Below are positions 17,946 through 27,445 of a DNA stretch of 64,000 nucleotides, piece after piece; within the stretch, counting starts at the first letter, position 1; every line of letters begins with the position of its first letter. The position numbers and the translations under genes are program-made. The stretch is from contig JANMZO010000301.1 in NCBI GenBank assembly GCA_031383405.1, forward strand, positions 7-64,006, given 5' to 3'. Source of the DNA: Acidimicrobiia bacterium (GTDB lineage: Bacteria > Actinomycetota > Acidimicrobiia > Acidimicrobiales > JANYDT01). The notes under the pieces are model-generated. The model was not told the DNA's origin. It saw only the letters and a program-made list of their open reading frames with translations, and did no database searches.

Positions 17946-20660
17946 CTACGTCGGGATCGTCGGGGTGGTGGGGGTTCCCCAGACTTGGAATTCTGCGAGT
18001 CCGACGTTGGCGCTTGTGGTGCTTACTCCGGTGATGGTGAACCGGATTCTGGTTGCGGTGCGGGCGGGGAAGGTGATGTTGGTTGGGGTTCCGTCGGGGT
18101 TGAGGTTGCCGACTTGGATGGTTGATCCGTCGGAGAAGGTCAAGATGCCGGAGGTGATGTCGTCGGAGAGGTTGGGGCGGTCGTAGAGCGTGATGCGGTC
18201 GATGTGTTGGGGTGTGGGCCATCGCAGTTCGATCCAGCTGCCGGTGACGCCGTTGAAGGCGGCCCATTCTTTGGTGTAGTCGATGGGGTAGCCGACGATG
18301 ATGTTGTCGATTGCTCGGTCTGCTGATTGGTATGGCGCTTCGGCTGAAGCGATTGCGTTGCTGAGTAGTGCGACGTTCGACGATCCCGGGATTGTCGTGG
18401 TCGAGGTCGTGGGGATTGTCGTCGTGGTCGTTGTAGGGGTCGTGGTCGTTGTAAGGGTCGGGATCGTCGTGACCGGGCGGGTAGTCGTCGTGGTGGTTGT
18501 TGGTGTTGTTGTCGTTGTCGTTGTCGTTGTTGGTGTGGTCGTGGTCGTTGTTGGTGTGGTCGTGGTCGTGGTCGTGGTCGGGATTGTCGTCGTGACCGGG
18601 CGAGTAGTCGTCGTAGTCGTCGTAGTCGTCGTCGTGGTTGTGGTGGTTGTGGTGGTTGTCGGTGTTGGCGCGGAGCCGTCGGTCCAGAGTTGTAGCTCTG
18701 CCAGCCCGACGTTCAAGGTCGACGAACTAACGCCGGTAACGGTGAATCGCATTTTGGAAACCGGCCGAGCTGCGAATTCGATGGCTGACGGTGAGCCGTC
18801 GTTGTTGAGGGCTCCGACGCTGATCGTCGAGCCGTCTGAAAAGGCTATGACTCCCGAGGTGATCTGGTCAGCCAGGTTCGGCCGGTCGTACAGACGTACT
18901 CGGTTCACCGTGTAGACCTGGTTGAAACCCAGTTCGATCCAGCTTCCGTTGCGTCCTCCCTGTGTTGCCCACTCCCGCGAAGCGTCGACGGGATAACCCG
19001 AGGCCACACCATCGACGGCTTTGGCTGCGGATTGCAAGGTCGATTCAGAAGAAGCCGTCACGGTCGCTGAAGGCGCAATATTGGAGCCGATCGTCGAAAA
19101 TACGGTGGTGGTGGTTGGCGTTGTGGTGCTGGTTGGCGTTGTGGTGGTACTTGTTGTCGTTGTGGTCAGTGCTGTGGTGGTGGTTGGCGCTGTGGTGCTG
19201 GTTGGCGTCGGCGGTGTCGTTGAGGTGGCTGTTGTGGCTGGCGTTGTCGGTGAAACCGAACCGGACTGCCAAATTTGGAACTCAGCGAGACCGACAGCGG
19301 AGGTGGATGCGCTGATGCCGGTAACGGAGAAACGGAGGCCTGTTACCGATCGGGGAGTGAAGGTGACGTTTGTGGCTGTTCCGTTGTTGTTGAGCGTGCC
19401 GACGTTGACTGTTGAGCCGTCTGAGAAGGTTATGAGTCCAGCGGTGATGTTGTCGGACAGGTTCGGTCGGTCGAACAGCACAACGCGATCGACATTCCGG
19501 GGGGCACTCCAACGCAAGTCGAGCCAACTCCCTGTGCGTCCGCCGAGCGTGGCCCATTCGCGGGTGAGGTCGGCCGGATGACCTAGCGTCGAACCATCGA
19601 TGGCTTTCGCCGCTTCTTGTTGCGGTGACTCGGAGGACGCAGTTGCTGTTGCGTATAGGGCAATGTTGCGGGGAACAGATGGATCGAATTCGTCGGTCGA
19701 AACAACATATCTGCGTGACAGCCAAGGTTCGTACATTGTGCCAGCGCAGGAGGCCACCGACCCGCACAGCCAGTGGTAGGTTGAGTACGCGAAGATCGCA
19801 TTCTGTTTGAGAGCGACTTCGATCTGCGACAAATTGGCGGCGCTGCCCGAGATGTCGTAGCCGCGGTATGACACGACGGTGTGGGCCCGGTTCAGGTACT
19901 GGCTAGCCGCGAATGCGAACTTTCCGGTCGTGATGTGGTCTGAGTGGTCGCCGGTTCCGTACGACTTGCTGTAATTCTGGATGCGTAACGTGTCGGGGGT
20001 GAACCCGTTAAAGAGCGCTGCAAGCCCGCCTATGAGGCTGGGCCGCGTATAGACGCTGTGACGGTCTTTTGACGCAACCGAGTTGATACGGCCGTCCCAG
20101 AGTTTCTGGAGCGACTGGAACCCGTTGGTCGAGAAGCCGGCACCGTCGCCGCCTCCGTCGGGAAGGCGGAGAAACATGACCGAGACATTTGGCGCCGAGG
20201 AGAGGACCCAGCGTTGTTCAAGCTGGCCTTCGACGGTCACTCCGGAACTGGCCCACGTGTTGGCGGTCCGGGCCATCGTTGCGTACGCGGCTCGGATACC
20301 GTTTTCGCGAATTAGCACCGGTGCCATTGCGCCGCCGCCGTCGCCGGACGTGACGAAGATGGTGGTCACGCACTTTCCGGCGGTGATGTCGGCCTGCACG
20401 TCGGGGTTCAGGAAGAGAAGATCATCGTCCTGGTGGGCCACGATATTGACGACCCCACCCGTACATCCGGTTACCGCGGATGCACTCGTCTGTATCGCCA
20501 ACGGCACGAGAGTGGCACCGAGCAGAGCGATCAGACCGAGCAACACAATCGTGGGGTTCAGCCGCAACGGACGCTGGGATGCGAAAGGATCCGTCAGGCC
20601 GTCTATTTGGTTCGAGCGAACCCGACAATGCATGAGCGACCTGATCCCCATGTCCTGCAA
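17946..20660 (-). CDS. secreted PIG-L (LmbE-like) family deacetylase with 3 discoidin/galactose-binding-like modules and poly-Thr linkers
   Basis: 904 aa with a TTG start in the track; the ATG at 20651 is more likely. Signal-like LLGLIALLGATLVPLAIQTSASA. PIG-L motifs VAHQDDDLLF and GTGDHSDH. Three repeats of about 140 aa follow (ASSE..A.KAIDG..EWAT.GG..GSWIEL.W...DR..L.DRPN...FSDGS...VGLAEFQ.W), separated by Thr/Pro runs. Confidence 0.85.
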   Translation of the reverse strand: MQDMGIRSLMHCRVRSNQIDGLTDPFASQRPLRLNPTIVLLGLIALLGATLVPLAIQTSASAVTGCTGGVVNIVAHQDDDLLFLNPDVQADITAGKCVTTIFVTSGDGGGAMAPVLIRENGIRAAYATMARTANTWASSGVTVEGQLEQRWVLSSAPNVSVMFLRLPDGGGDGAGFSTNGFQSLQKLWDGRINSVASKDRHSVYTRPSLIGGLAALFNGFTPDTLRIQNYSKSYGTGDHSDHITTGKFAFAASQYLNRAHTVVSYRGYDISGSAANLSQIEVALKQNAIFAYSTYHWLCGSVASCAGTMYEPWLSRRYVVSTDEFDPSVPRNIALYATATASSESPQQEAAKAIDGSTLGHPADLTREWATLGGRTGSWLDLRWSAPRNVDRVVLFDRPNLSDNITAGLITFSDGSTVNVGTLNNNGTATNVTFTPRSVTGLRFSVTGISASTSAVGLAEFQIWQSGSVSPTTPATTATSTTPPTPTSTTAPTTTTALTTTTTSTTTTPTSTTTPTTTTVFSTIGSNIAPSATVTASSESTLQSAAKAVDGVASGYPVDASREWATQGGRNGSWIELGFNQVYTVNRVRLYDRPNLADQITSGVIAFSDGSTISVGALNNDGSPSAIEFAARPVSKMRFTVTGVSSSTLNVGLAELQLWTDGSAPTPTTTTTTTTTTTTTTTTTTTRPVTTTIPTTTTTTTTPTTTTTTPTTTTTTTTTPTTTTTTTRPVTTIPTLTTTTTPTTTTTTIPTTSTTTIPGSSNVALLSNAIASAEAPYQSADRAIDNIIVGYPIDYTKEWAAFNGVTGSWIELRWPTPQHIDRITLYDRPNLSDDITSGILTFSDGSTIQVGNLNPDGTPTNITFPARTATRIRFTITGVSTTSANVGLAEFQVWGTPTTPTIPT

Positions 20661-20671
20661 TTCGTGAAATT

Positions 20672-20702
20672 GAGAAACTGAACGAACGCTCAGCGTACCG
20701 GA
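20672..20702 (-). promoter_or_regulatory. conserved upstream element shared by the two PIG-L paralogs (copy 1)
   Basis: gagaaactgaacgaacgctcagcgtaccgga matches 23883-23914 at about 28 of 31 positions. It lies 12-20 nt upstream of the start codon. A second GAGAAACT is at 20712. Confidence 0.5.
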
Positions 20703-20913
20703 ACCCTACCCGAGAAACTTGTCGGGCAAACTGTGTGCGGAAATTTACCCGCAATCAACTGCCCGTTTACTGGACTCCCGACCCAATTTGATGTCCTCTA
20801 CAACTCACTGTGCGCGTTACCTTGGACGTGATGGCCTTTCGGCGGTGGCGGCGCAGTCGGAGCGTCTTTGGCGGTTGTATCAGGGTCGCCGGGCTGGCGG
20901 TCGGCGCCGTGCC

Positions 20914-23865
20914 TCAACCCGCCGCCCAAACCTGAAGCTCCGCGAGTCCGACGTTTGGGGTCCCGGCGCCGACACCATTGACGGTGAAGCGGAGGCTAGT
21001 GATCGTACGGGCGGGGAACCTGACCGTGCTCGCGCTTCCATCGTTGTTCAGCACCCCAACGCTGGTTGTCGAACCGTCGGAGAAGCTCAAGGTGCCCGAC
21101 GTGATTGTGTCCGTGAGGTTAGGTCGGTCGAATAGCACGACCCGGTCGACCCGTTGGGCGGAACTCCATTTCAGCTCTATCCAACTTCCGGCCTGTCCGC
21201 CGATTGTGGCCCACTCACGGGTGAAGTCGGCCGGGTAACCGGATGCGACGCCGTCGATTGCTTTGGCCGCTCCCTGCAGGGGTGCCTCCGATGAGGCCGT
21301 TGCGGTGGCGCTGAGCGCCACGTTGGCCGAGATGAACGGTGCCGTAGTTGTTGTGGTTGTTGGCGAGGTCGTCGTGGTTGTTGTTGTTGTGGTTGTTGGC
21401 GAGGTTGTGGTGGTGGGCGAGGTTGTGGTGGTGGGCGAGGTTGTGGTGGTGGGCGAGGTTGTGGTGGTGGGCGTTGTCGCGGTGGTTGGAGAGGTCCAAA
21501 CCTGGAATTCGGCGAGGCCAACATTCACGGTCGATGCGCTCGCTGCGCCAACCGTGAACCGGACGCTCGTGGTCGTCCTGGCAATGAAGGAAATCGTGGC
21601 TGCGGAGCCGTCGTTGTTGAGCGTGCCGACATCCACGGTGGAGCCGTCGGAGAACGTGATGGTTCCGGAGCTCACCTGATCGGCGAGGTTCGGACGATCG
21701 AAGAGCACGACCCGATCGACGGTTTGGGGCTGGCTCCAGCGGAGTTCGATCCAGCTTCCGGCCCGTCCACCGATTGTGGCCCACTCGCGCGATGCGTCGA
21801 CCGGATACCCGGTGGCCAGACCATCGACGGCCTTGGCCGCCGTTTGGACGGGGGCCTCCGACGAGGCCGAGGCGGTCGACGACAACGCGACATTTACCGA
21901 ACTCGGCGGCGGGGAAGTCGAGGTCGTGGTGGGAACCGCGGTTGTCGTGGTGGCAACCGTGGTCGTCGTTGTTCCAACCGTGGTCGTCGTGGCGGGAACC
22001 GGGTTGGATACGGACGCCCACACCTGAAACTCGGCCAGTCCGGCGTTCGTCGTCCCGGCACTCACGCCAGTGACCGTAAAACGAACACTCGTGACTGATC
22101 TGGCGGCAAACGAAACCGGTGTGGACGAGCCGTCGTTGTTGAGCGTACCTACATTCTGCATCGAGCCGTCGGAGAATGTGAGGGTTCCCGACGTGACATT
22201 GTCGGCCAGGTTGGGTCGGTCGAAGAGCGATACCCCGTCCACGGCCTGGGGCGAAGTCCAACGAAGTTCAATCCAGCTTCCGGATTTGCCTCCGATCGTG
22301 GCCCATTCCTTCGAGTAGTCCGTCGGGTACCCGGTTGCCACGCCGTCGATGGCCTTTGCGGCAGTTTGGCCGGGGGTTTCCGACGAGGCGGAAGCAGTGG
22401 CCGAGAGGGCGAGATTCTGGGTACTCGGAGGCGCGAGGATGGTTGGAATCGTCGGTGACGTGCTCGCAACAACCGGAGCGCCGACCGACCAGACCTGGAA
22501 CTCGGCGAGCCCGACGTTGCCGGTCGTGGAACTGACTCCGGTCACGGTAAAGCGGGCCCGAGTTGCTGAGCGCGCGGCGAACGACACCGTGGTGGCCGAG
22601 CCGTCGTTGGCCAGTGCGCCGACGCTGACGACCGAACCATCGGAGAACGTGATCGTGCCGGACGTGATGTTTTCATACAGGTTCGGGCGGTCGAAGAGCA
22701 CGACCCGGTCGACGGTTTGCGCCGGATCCCAGCGGAGGTCGATCCAGCTTCCGGTGCGGCCGCCGACCGTCGCCCATTCCTTCGTGTAGTCGGTGGGATA
22801 CCCGCTGGCTACCCCATCGATCGCCTTTCCGGCGGTTTGCAACGAAGCTTCCGACGAAGCTGTCGCAACGGCGTGGAGCGCGATATTGCGGGAGGCTGCC
22901 GGGTCGACGTTCTCGGTGAATGCGAGGTAACGCCGTGACAACCAGGGTTCGTAGGATGTGCCGGCACAGGCGGTCACGGACCCGCAGACCGAGTCGTAGG
23001 AAGCGTAGGCGAAGAATGCCTGCTGCTTCAGCGAGATCTCGGCGGCGGCGAGGTTCGCCGCGCTGCCCGAAATGTCGTAGCCACGGTAAGCCAGAACGGT
23101 GTGCGGGACGGCGAACAGCGGGTCGGCCGCGTAGGCGAATTTTGCCGCAGCGATGTGGTCGGAATGGTCACCGGTTCCGTAGGACCTGCTGTAGTTCTGG
23201 ATTCGAAAAGAATTGGGGTTAAACGAATTGAGTAGTACGCCGAGAGCGGAAATCAGCGTCGCCCGGGAATAGGAACTGTGGCCGTCCTTCGATGAGACCG
23301 ATGCGATCCGACCATCCCAGAGTTTCTGGAGCGATTGGAACCCGTTGGCGGAAAAGCCGGTACCGTCGCCCCCTCCGTCGGGAAGTCGGAGAAAGATGAG
23401 CGAGACATTTGGGTTGGCCGAGAGCATCCACTTCTGCTCGACTTGGCCGTTTACATTCATCGCGACACTGGTCCAGGCGTTCGCAACCCGGGCCATCGTC
23501 GCGTAGGCGACCCGTGCGCCGTTTTCTCGGATCAGTACCGACGTGAGTGTCCCGCCAGAGTCACCGTCGGTGACAAACAACGTTGTGACACACTTTCCGG
23601 CACTGATATCGGCCTGCACATCAGGGTTGAGAAACAGCAGGTCGTCGTCTTGGTGGGCTACAACATTGAGCGAACTTAGATTGCAAGTGGCCGCCGCGGC
23701 CCTCTGGGCTCGCTGAGCGAGGGGGAGAACACCCGCAACGAGCAGGCTGAGAGCCGCAACTGTGTATCTCGCACGACGGCGCGACGGCCAACGGAACCGG
23801 GCGAGGTGGTTGTACCGAGTACCCGCGGGCCGCGGTCCCGGGTAAGGCGTCGACCTGGTCGTCAT
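20914..23865 (-). CDS. secreted PIG-L family deacetylase paralog with 4 discoidin/galactose-binding-like modules
   Basis: 983 aa. It has the same architecture as 17946-20660 (VAHQDDDLLFLNPDVQADI.AGKCVTT.FVT.GD.GG is almost identical) but 4 C-terminal modules. Linkers include (TTTSPT)x4, encoded by an 18-bp x4 repeat at 21398-21469. Confidence 0.85.
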   Translation of the reverse strand: MTTRSTPYPGPRPAGTRYNHLARFRWPSRRRARYTVAALSLLVAGVLPLAQRAQRAAAATCNLSSLNVVAHQDDDLLFLNPDVQADISAGKCVTTLFVTDGDSGGTLTSVLIRENGARVAYATMARVANAWTSVAMNVNGQVEQKWMLSANPNVSLIFLRLPDGGGDGTGFSANGFQSLQKLWDGRIASVSSKDGHSSYSRATLISALGVLLNSFNPNSFRIQNYSRSYGTGDHSDHIAAAKFAYAADPLFAVPHTVLAYRGYDISGSAANLAAAEISLKQQAFFAYASYDSVCGSVTACAGTSYEPWLSRRYLAFTENVDPAASRNIALHAVATASSEASLQTAGKAIDGVASGYPTDYTKEWATVGGRTGSWIDLRWDPAQTVDRVVLFDRPNLYENITSGTITFSDGSVVSVGALANDGSATTVSFAARSATRARFTVTGVSSTTGNVGLAEFQVWSVGAPVVASTSPTIPTILAPPSTQNLALSATASASSETPGQTAAKAIDGVATGYPTDYSKEWATIGGKSGSWIELRWTSPQAVDGVSLFDRPNLADNVTSGTLTFSDGSMQNVGTLNNDGSSTPVSFAARSVTSVRFTVTGVSAGTTNAGLAEFQVWASVSNPVPATTTTVGTTTTTVATTTTAVPTTTSTSPPPSSVNVALSSTASASSEAPVQTAAKAVDGLATGYPVDASREWATIGGRAGSWIELRWSQPQTVDRVVLFDRPNLADQVSSGTITFSDGSTVDVGTLNNDGSAATISFIARTTTSVRFTVGAASASTVNVGLAEFQVWTSPTTATTPTTTTSPTTTTSPTTTTSPTTTTSPTTTTTTTTTTSPTTTTTTAPFISANVALSATATASSEAPLQGAAKAIDGVASGYPADFTREWATIGGQAGSWIELKWSSAQRVDRVVLFDRPNLTDTITSGTLSFSDGSTTSVGVLNNDGSASTVRFPARTITSLRFTVNGVGAGTPNVGLAELQVWAAG

Positions 23866-23882
23866 GACCCCGCTCTTGTCAG

Positions 23883-23914
23883 GAGAAACTGAATGAGCGC
23901 TCAGGGTACCGAGA
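23883..23914 (-). promoter_or_regulatory. conserved upstream element shared by the two PIG-L paralogs (copy 2)
   Basis: gagaaactgaatgagcgctcagggtaccgaga, 17 nt upstream of the ATG at 23865. It contains the perfect palindrome GAGCGCTC. Confidence 0.5.
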
Positions 23915-23937
23915 AATTATCGTGAAACAAAATCGAA

Positions 23938-24753
23938 ATGGCATACGAACGGGATGATGCGGCCCTGCCGCTCGGCCAATCTCGGCCCTATGGCCAAGAG
24001 ACGATCGGTCTCCCCCTGCACACCGGAACATCGTCGGGATCAGCCGGTACGCTCGGAACTATGAACGTCGGATCGCTTCGGGTGCTGGCCGTGCAGGAAG
24101 TGGACCTGGCCCCCGGCCTGCGACACGTGGAGATCTACACCGCCGCCGGGCTGGTCACCTTCTTGTGGCACGGACGGGCCGATGCCCGAAACGTCGTGTT
24201 GATGGGAGGCGGAGCGATGGGCGGGCTGTTGGGCCCGGCGAACGGCTTCTACCAGGACTTCGGCGTGGCGATGACGCAGGACCGGGTTTCCGACATCGCC
24301 GTAATCCGGGTCGGATACCGCCGTCCCAACGATCTTCCGAGTTGCGTAGGTGATATGGCGGCTGCCGGAATGCTCGCCGAACGAAACGGTGCCGAGCACT
24401 TCGTCTCCGTCGGACATTCTTTCGGCGGAGCTGTCGCGATTGGGGTGGCGCTGGAACCTTCGCCCATTGCCGACTCCGTCGTCGGGGTGGTGACGCTGGC
24501 CACCCAGTCGGCGGGTTGCGAAAACGTGGCCGATCTTCGGAGGCGACCCTTTCTACTTTTTCACGGCGACGTCGACCAGATCCTCCCCCTGTGGTCGAGC
24601 GAAGTGGTCAAGGAACTCGCAGGTGGACACGCCGAGCTACGCGTACTCGCCGGAGCCGGTCACCTGTTGGCCGAGAACGGCGCCGGCGAAGTACTTCGCA
24701 ACGACATCCCGATCTGGGTCAGAGAAACGTTCGCTCAAGCCCAGCGCCGGTAG
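23938..24753 (+). CDS. alpha/beta hydrolase (dienelactone hydrolase-like)
   Basis: 271 aa. Nucleophile elbow VGHSFGG and C-terminal GAGHLL. Alternative start MNVGSL at 24061. Confidence 0.7.
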   Translation: MAYERDDAALPLGQSRPYGQETIGLPLHTGTSSGSAGTLGTMNVGSLRVLAVQEVDLAPGLRHVEIYTAAGLVTFLWHGRADARNVVLMGGGAMGGLLGPANGFYQDFGVAMTQDRVSDIAVIRVGYRRPNDLPSCVGDMAAAGMLAERNGAEHFVSVGHSFGGAVAIGVALEPSPIADSVVGVVTLATQSAGCENVADLRRRPFLLFHGDVDQILPLWSSEVVKELAGGHAELRVLAGAGHLLAENGAGEVLRNDIPIWVRETFAQAQRR

Positions 24754-24764
24754 GCTTCGACACT

Positions 24765-26129
24765 ATGGCTGTGAAGTTCGTCATCATCGGTGGTGGGCCC
24801 GCCGGAAATCAGGCCGCCACCTACGCGGCCCGGCTCGGGGCTGAGGTTACGTTGGTCGAACGTGACATTGTCGGTGGCGCCGCGCACCTGTGGGACTGCA
24901 TCCCTTCGAAGACGATGATTGCGACCGGCGGAGCGATGGCGTTCGCGCGTCGAGCCGAGGGAATGGGTCTCGGGGCTATCGTCCCGACCATCGACCCCGA
25001 GGCACTCCGGGAGCGCATCATCGGTATCGAGAACCGGTTGCAGAAGTCGACGACCACCTTGCTTGGAAGTCAGGGCATCACAATCATCAAAGGCACAGCG
25101 AAGGTCGTAGGGCCACATACCGTTTCGGTTGAGGTCGCCGACGCTGGTCGGACCGAATTGCACGCCGATGCGATCCTGGTCGCCACCGGCACCCGACCCC
25201 GCATCCCTGACTGGTGCCGGCCTGACGGTGAGCGGATTCTCACGACGCGCGAGTGTTATCCGCCGACGGAACTCCCCGAGCACATCATCGTGATCGGCTC
25301 GGGCGTGACCGGCGTGGAGTTCGTGCACATGTTCGCGTCGTTCGGATCGAAAGTCACCCTGGTCGTGAGCCGTCAGCAGGTCCTGCCGCAGAAGGACCCC
25401 GAGGTTGCCGCTGTTCTCGAAGACGACTTTCTGCGACGAGGGGTTTCCCTTCTCAAAGGTGCCCGCGCCACGTCGATCGAGCGTGAAGGCAACGAGGTGG
25501 TCGTGAAGTGCAACGACGGTCGGATCGTACGGGGCTCGCACGCCGTGCTGGCCATCGGGTCGATTCCGAACTCCGACGGCCTCGGTCTGGAGGCGGCGGG
25601 AGTGAATCTTGACAAAGCCGGCTATGTCACGATCAACCAGCACTGTGTTTCGAACGTCGACCACATCTATGCCGCCGGCGACGTGTCGGGCAAGCTTCCG
25701 CTGAGTTCGGTGGCCTCGATGCAGGGGCGCAAAGTAGCCGAGCACGTCATGGGTCTGCACACGAGGCAGCATCGCCACCTCGACTACGACAAGGCGGCCT
25801 CTGCGATCTTTACCGAGCCTGAAATCGCCGACGTCGGACTCGCCGAAGCCGAGGCATTCTCCGAAGGCCGCAAGATCCGCGTTACCAAGGTGCCGTTCTC
25901 AGCATCGGCTAAGGCGTTGATCAACGACGACTCGCGTGGGTTCGTGAAGATCATCTCCGATCCGTACACCGGCGTCGTTCTCGGTGGTTCGATCGTCGGT
26001 CGGCACGCAGCCGAACTCATCAGCGTGATAGCGCTCGCTGTCACCGCCGGTCTGAAGGTCAGCGACATCGCCGAGTCGATGCTGGTGCACCCCGCTCTGT
26101 CCGAAGCCCTCGCCGACGCCGCCGAGTAA
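24765..26129 (+). CDS. lpdA: FAD-dependent pyridine nucleotide-disulfide oxidoreductase, LpdA-like NAD(P)H dehydrogenase
   Basis: Start moved to MAVKFVIIGGGPAGNQAA (ATG 24765). The Arg-rich 83-codon extension in the track overlaps the preceding gene. Only one Cys is in the redox motif (GGAAHLWDCIPSK), as in mycobacterial LpdA-type enzymes. Confidence 0.8.
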   Translation: MAVKFVIIGGGPAGNQAATYAARLGAEVTLVERDIVGGAAHLWDCIPSKTMIATGGAMAFARRAEGMGLGAIVPTIDPEALRERIIGIENRLQKSTTTLLGSQGITIIKGTAKVVGPHTVSVEVADAGRTELHADAILVATGTRPRIPDWCRPDGERILTTRECYPPTELPEHIIVIGSGVTGVEFVHMFASFGSKVTLVVSRQQVLPQKDPEVAAVLEDDFLRRGVSLLKGARATSIEREGNEVVVKCNDGRIVRGSHAVLAIGSIPNSDGLGLEAAGVNLDKAGYVTINQHCVSNVDHIYAAGDVSGKLPLSSVASMQGRKVAEHVMGLHTRQHRHLDYDKAASAIFTEPEIADVGLAEAEAFSEGRKIRVTKVPFSASAKALINDDSRGFVKIISDPYTGVVLGGSIVGRHAAELISVIALAVTAGLKVSDIAESMLVHPALSEALADAAE

Positions 26130-26159
26130 CGCCTCCGAGCGCTCCGACGAACCGACCGG

Positions 26160-27341
26160 TCACCGGAGCAACCGGGCCCGTTGACCGGCGTTGGTTGCCA
26201 GATCGATGCATGTCCAGGCCATCGCCGCGGCGCCGTCGGCGACCGCTCGATCGGCGACCGGCGTGATACAAGCTGCGGTGAACTCGGGTTGGTGGTTTGA
26301 GGCGGGCAGGCAATTGAGACCGAGCACGGGATGGATCGAGGGCACCTTCAGGCTCACATTCGCCATGTCGGTGGATGCGCTGACCGCATGCTCTCCGTCG
26401 TGGGGTTGGCCCTCGGGACGCCGCTTCTGCGCTGCCGGAAACCTTCGGCCGAGTGCCTCCGCGTTGGCTCGGTAGATGGCCACCATGTCTTCGTCGTCGA
26501 GGAACTCGGAGTAGGGCTTCGAGTGCTGAACGATGTCGTGGGTACATCCCGTGGCCAGTGCTCCGGCTTCGAATATGCGATGGATTCGTGGCTCAAGATC
26601 CTCGAGTTCGACGATAGTACGCGAGCGCACGTACATCTTGAACAGGGTTTCATCGGGAACGATATTGGGTGCGTCGCCACCCTTTATGACAATGCCGTGC
26701 AGTCTGTCGGTCGGGCGGATGTGCTGACGCAAAAGGCCGATCCCGACCTGGGCGACGGTAATGGCATCGGCCGCATTGATTCCGAGTTGCGGGAAGGCGC
26801 TGGCGTGGGCGGTTCGGCCGTGATAGCGAACGTCGAAGTGCGATACCGACAGGCAGTGCATCCGGTCGGCTTCAACCGGGGCCGGGTGCACCATCATCGC
26901 GGCGTGTACACCGTCGAACAGCCCCGCGTCGAGCAGGTCGAGCTTGCCGCCACCGCCTTCTTCGGCTGGGCACCCGAAAACGGTGACCCTGATGCCGAGA
27001 TCGTCGGCCAGAGCGGCGAGGGCCAGCCCGGCCCCGACCGCCGCCGAAGCGATGACGTTGTGACCGCAGGCATGGCCGATTCCGGGCAGGGCGTCGTACT
27101 CCGCGCAGATACCGAGGTGCAGCGGACCCGAACCGGCCGTGGCCGTGAAGGCGGTCTCTCGTCCGGCGACGCCCATCGTGACCGTGAAGCGCGGGTCCGT
27201 CGCGAGCGCATCGGCGGTCATTCGCGATGAGATGAATTCCTCGAAAGCGAGTTCGGGGTTGGCGTGAATCCCGTGGCTCAACGTGATGAGCCGATCCCGC
27301 GCTCCGGTCACAACATCGAGTGCAGCGGCTTTGGTGTCCAT
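26160..27341 (-). CDS. M20 family amidohydrolase (M20D, AbgB/hippurate hydrolase-like)
   Basis: 393 aa. HANPELAFEE, ACGHN and GCPAEEGGGGK motifs. Confidence 0.82.
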   Translation of the reverse strand: MDTKAAALDVVTGARDRLITLSHGIHANPELAFEEFISSRMTADALATDPRFTVTMGVAGRETAFTATAGSGPLHLGICAEYDALPGIGHACGHNVIASAAVGAGLALAALADDLGIRVTVFGCPAEEGGGGKLDLLDAGLFDGVHAAMMVHPAPVEADRMHCLSVSHFDVRYHGRTAHASAFPQLGINAADAITVAQVGIGLLRQHIRPTDRLHGIVIKGGDAPNIVPDETLFKMYVRSRTIVELEDLEPRIHRIFEAGALATGCTHDIVQHSKPYSEFLDDEDMVAIYRANAEALGRRFPAAQKRRPEGQPHDGEHAVSASTDMANVSLKVPSIHPVLGLNCLPASNHQPEFTAACITPVADRAVADGAAAMAWTCIDLATNAGQRARLLR

Positions 27342-27445
27342 GCAACCGATGCTAATCAGACATCGGGGATAAAGGATTTCGCGAGGTTCCGATGTTGGTG
27401 TCCGGTGTGGGGGTTGGTGTGTCCGAGCGTTGTGGTGCGGGTTCG

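Noticed and set aside
18298-18915. Poly-Val/Gly ORFs on the plus strand (also 19021-19581, 21263-21679 and 57686-58171 on the minus strand).
   Set aside because: These are reverse-complement readings of the poly-Thr/Ala-Thr linker codons of real genes. They are low-complexity artefacts.
24516-24764. 83-codon Arg-rich N-terminal extension of the LpdA-like ORF.
   Set aside because: It overlaps the 3' end of the alpha/beta hydrolase gene in another frame. The Rossmann motif starts right after the ATG at 24765.
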